Below are positions 63,810-64,000 of a DNA stretch of 64,000 bases, piece after piece; the first letter of the stretch is position 1; each line of letters opens with the position of its first letter. The DNA lies in the NCBI GenBank assembly GCA_036489375.1, contig DASXFX010000116.1:23364-87363 (forward strand), written 5' to 3'. A program made the translations under genes and the position numbers. The DNA comes from Candidatus Binataceae bacterium. GTDB taxonomy: Bacteria; Desulfobacterota; Binatia; Binatales; Binataceae. A model generated the notes under the pieces. It had not been told where the DNA came from and made no database searches. It saw only the letters and a program-made list of their open reading frames with translations.

Positions 63810-64000
63810 TTGCCCAACCCTGCGTTGAACGATTTGCGGGTGATCGAGTTCGCCGAGATGGTCTCGGGCCCGATGTGCGGCAAAATGTTCGCCGACATGG
63901 GCGCCGAGGTCATCAAGATCGAGCCGCCGGGCCGCGGCGATGAGGCCCGCAGTCATCCGCCGTATCCGGGCGATGTCCCCCATCCCGAAAAGAGCGGCTT
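63810..64000 (+). CDS. Family III CoA-transferase (CaiB/BaiF type), N-terminal part, running off the window end
   Basis: My translation from the TTG at 63810 (AAGGAG lies upstream) is 'LPNPALNDLRVIEFAEMVSGPMCGKMFADMGAEVIKIEPPGRGDEAR'. It is not in the ORF track because no stop is reached. Confidence 0.75.
   Translation, partial: MPNPALNDLRVIEFAEMVSGPMCGKMFADMGAEVIKIEPPGRGDEARSHPPYPGDVPHPEKSG

Noticed and set aside
1-64000. Search for mobile elements, integrases, tRNA/rRNA genes and prophage or defence islands
   Set aside because: No transposase, integrase or recombinase motifs appear in any ORF, and I saw no terminal inverted repeats or tRNA-like cloverleaf candidates. Apart from mazEF, nothing resembles a known defence module.

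Overview
GC-rich bacterial chromosomal window, densely coding. I annotate about 60 CDS. I recognised no rRNA, tRNA, CRISPR array, transposase or integrase. Most genes are housekeeping or catabolic. They include four crotonase-family enzymes, family III CoA-transferases, an acetyl-CoA hydrolase/transferase, a thiolase, amidohydrolases, an amidase, an aldehyde dehydrogenase, and several TetR/ArsR regulators. All product calls come from motifs read by eye in the supplied translations, with no database search.

The most interesting region is 2.3-14.0 kb. It holds eight tightly packed minus-strand genes: a TetR regulator, a HAD-IB phosphatase and a LarA-like (DUF2088) protein. These are followed by a 1481-aa reductase / acyl-adenylase / carrier / acyltransferase fusion carrying the ElbD-type ether-lipid activities. 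The block ends with a secreted zinc phospholipase-C/S1-P1-like protein, a dual-specificity phosphatase, a phosphatidylcholine synthase and an uncharacterised two-domain protein. I read this as a candidate operon for an unusual, possibly ether-linked and choline-containing, membrane lipid.

Other items worth a second look:
- Two adjacent small Cys/Asn-rich lipoproteins that both end in SSWGFFF.
- A roughly 68-bp degenerate tandem array that runs into the start codon of a methyltransferase gene.
- A mazEF module preceded by two long perfect palindromes.
- A run of five stem-loops in one convergent intergenic region.
- Several palindromic operator candidates next to TetR/ArsR genes.

Many long ORFs in the track are antisense shadows of real genes and were rejected.
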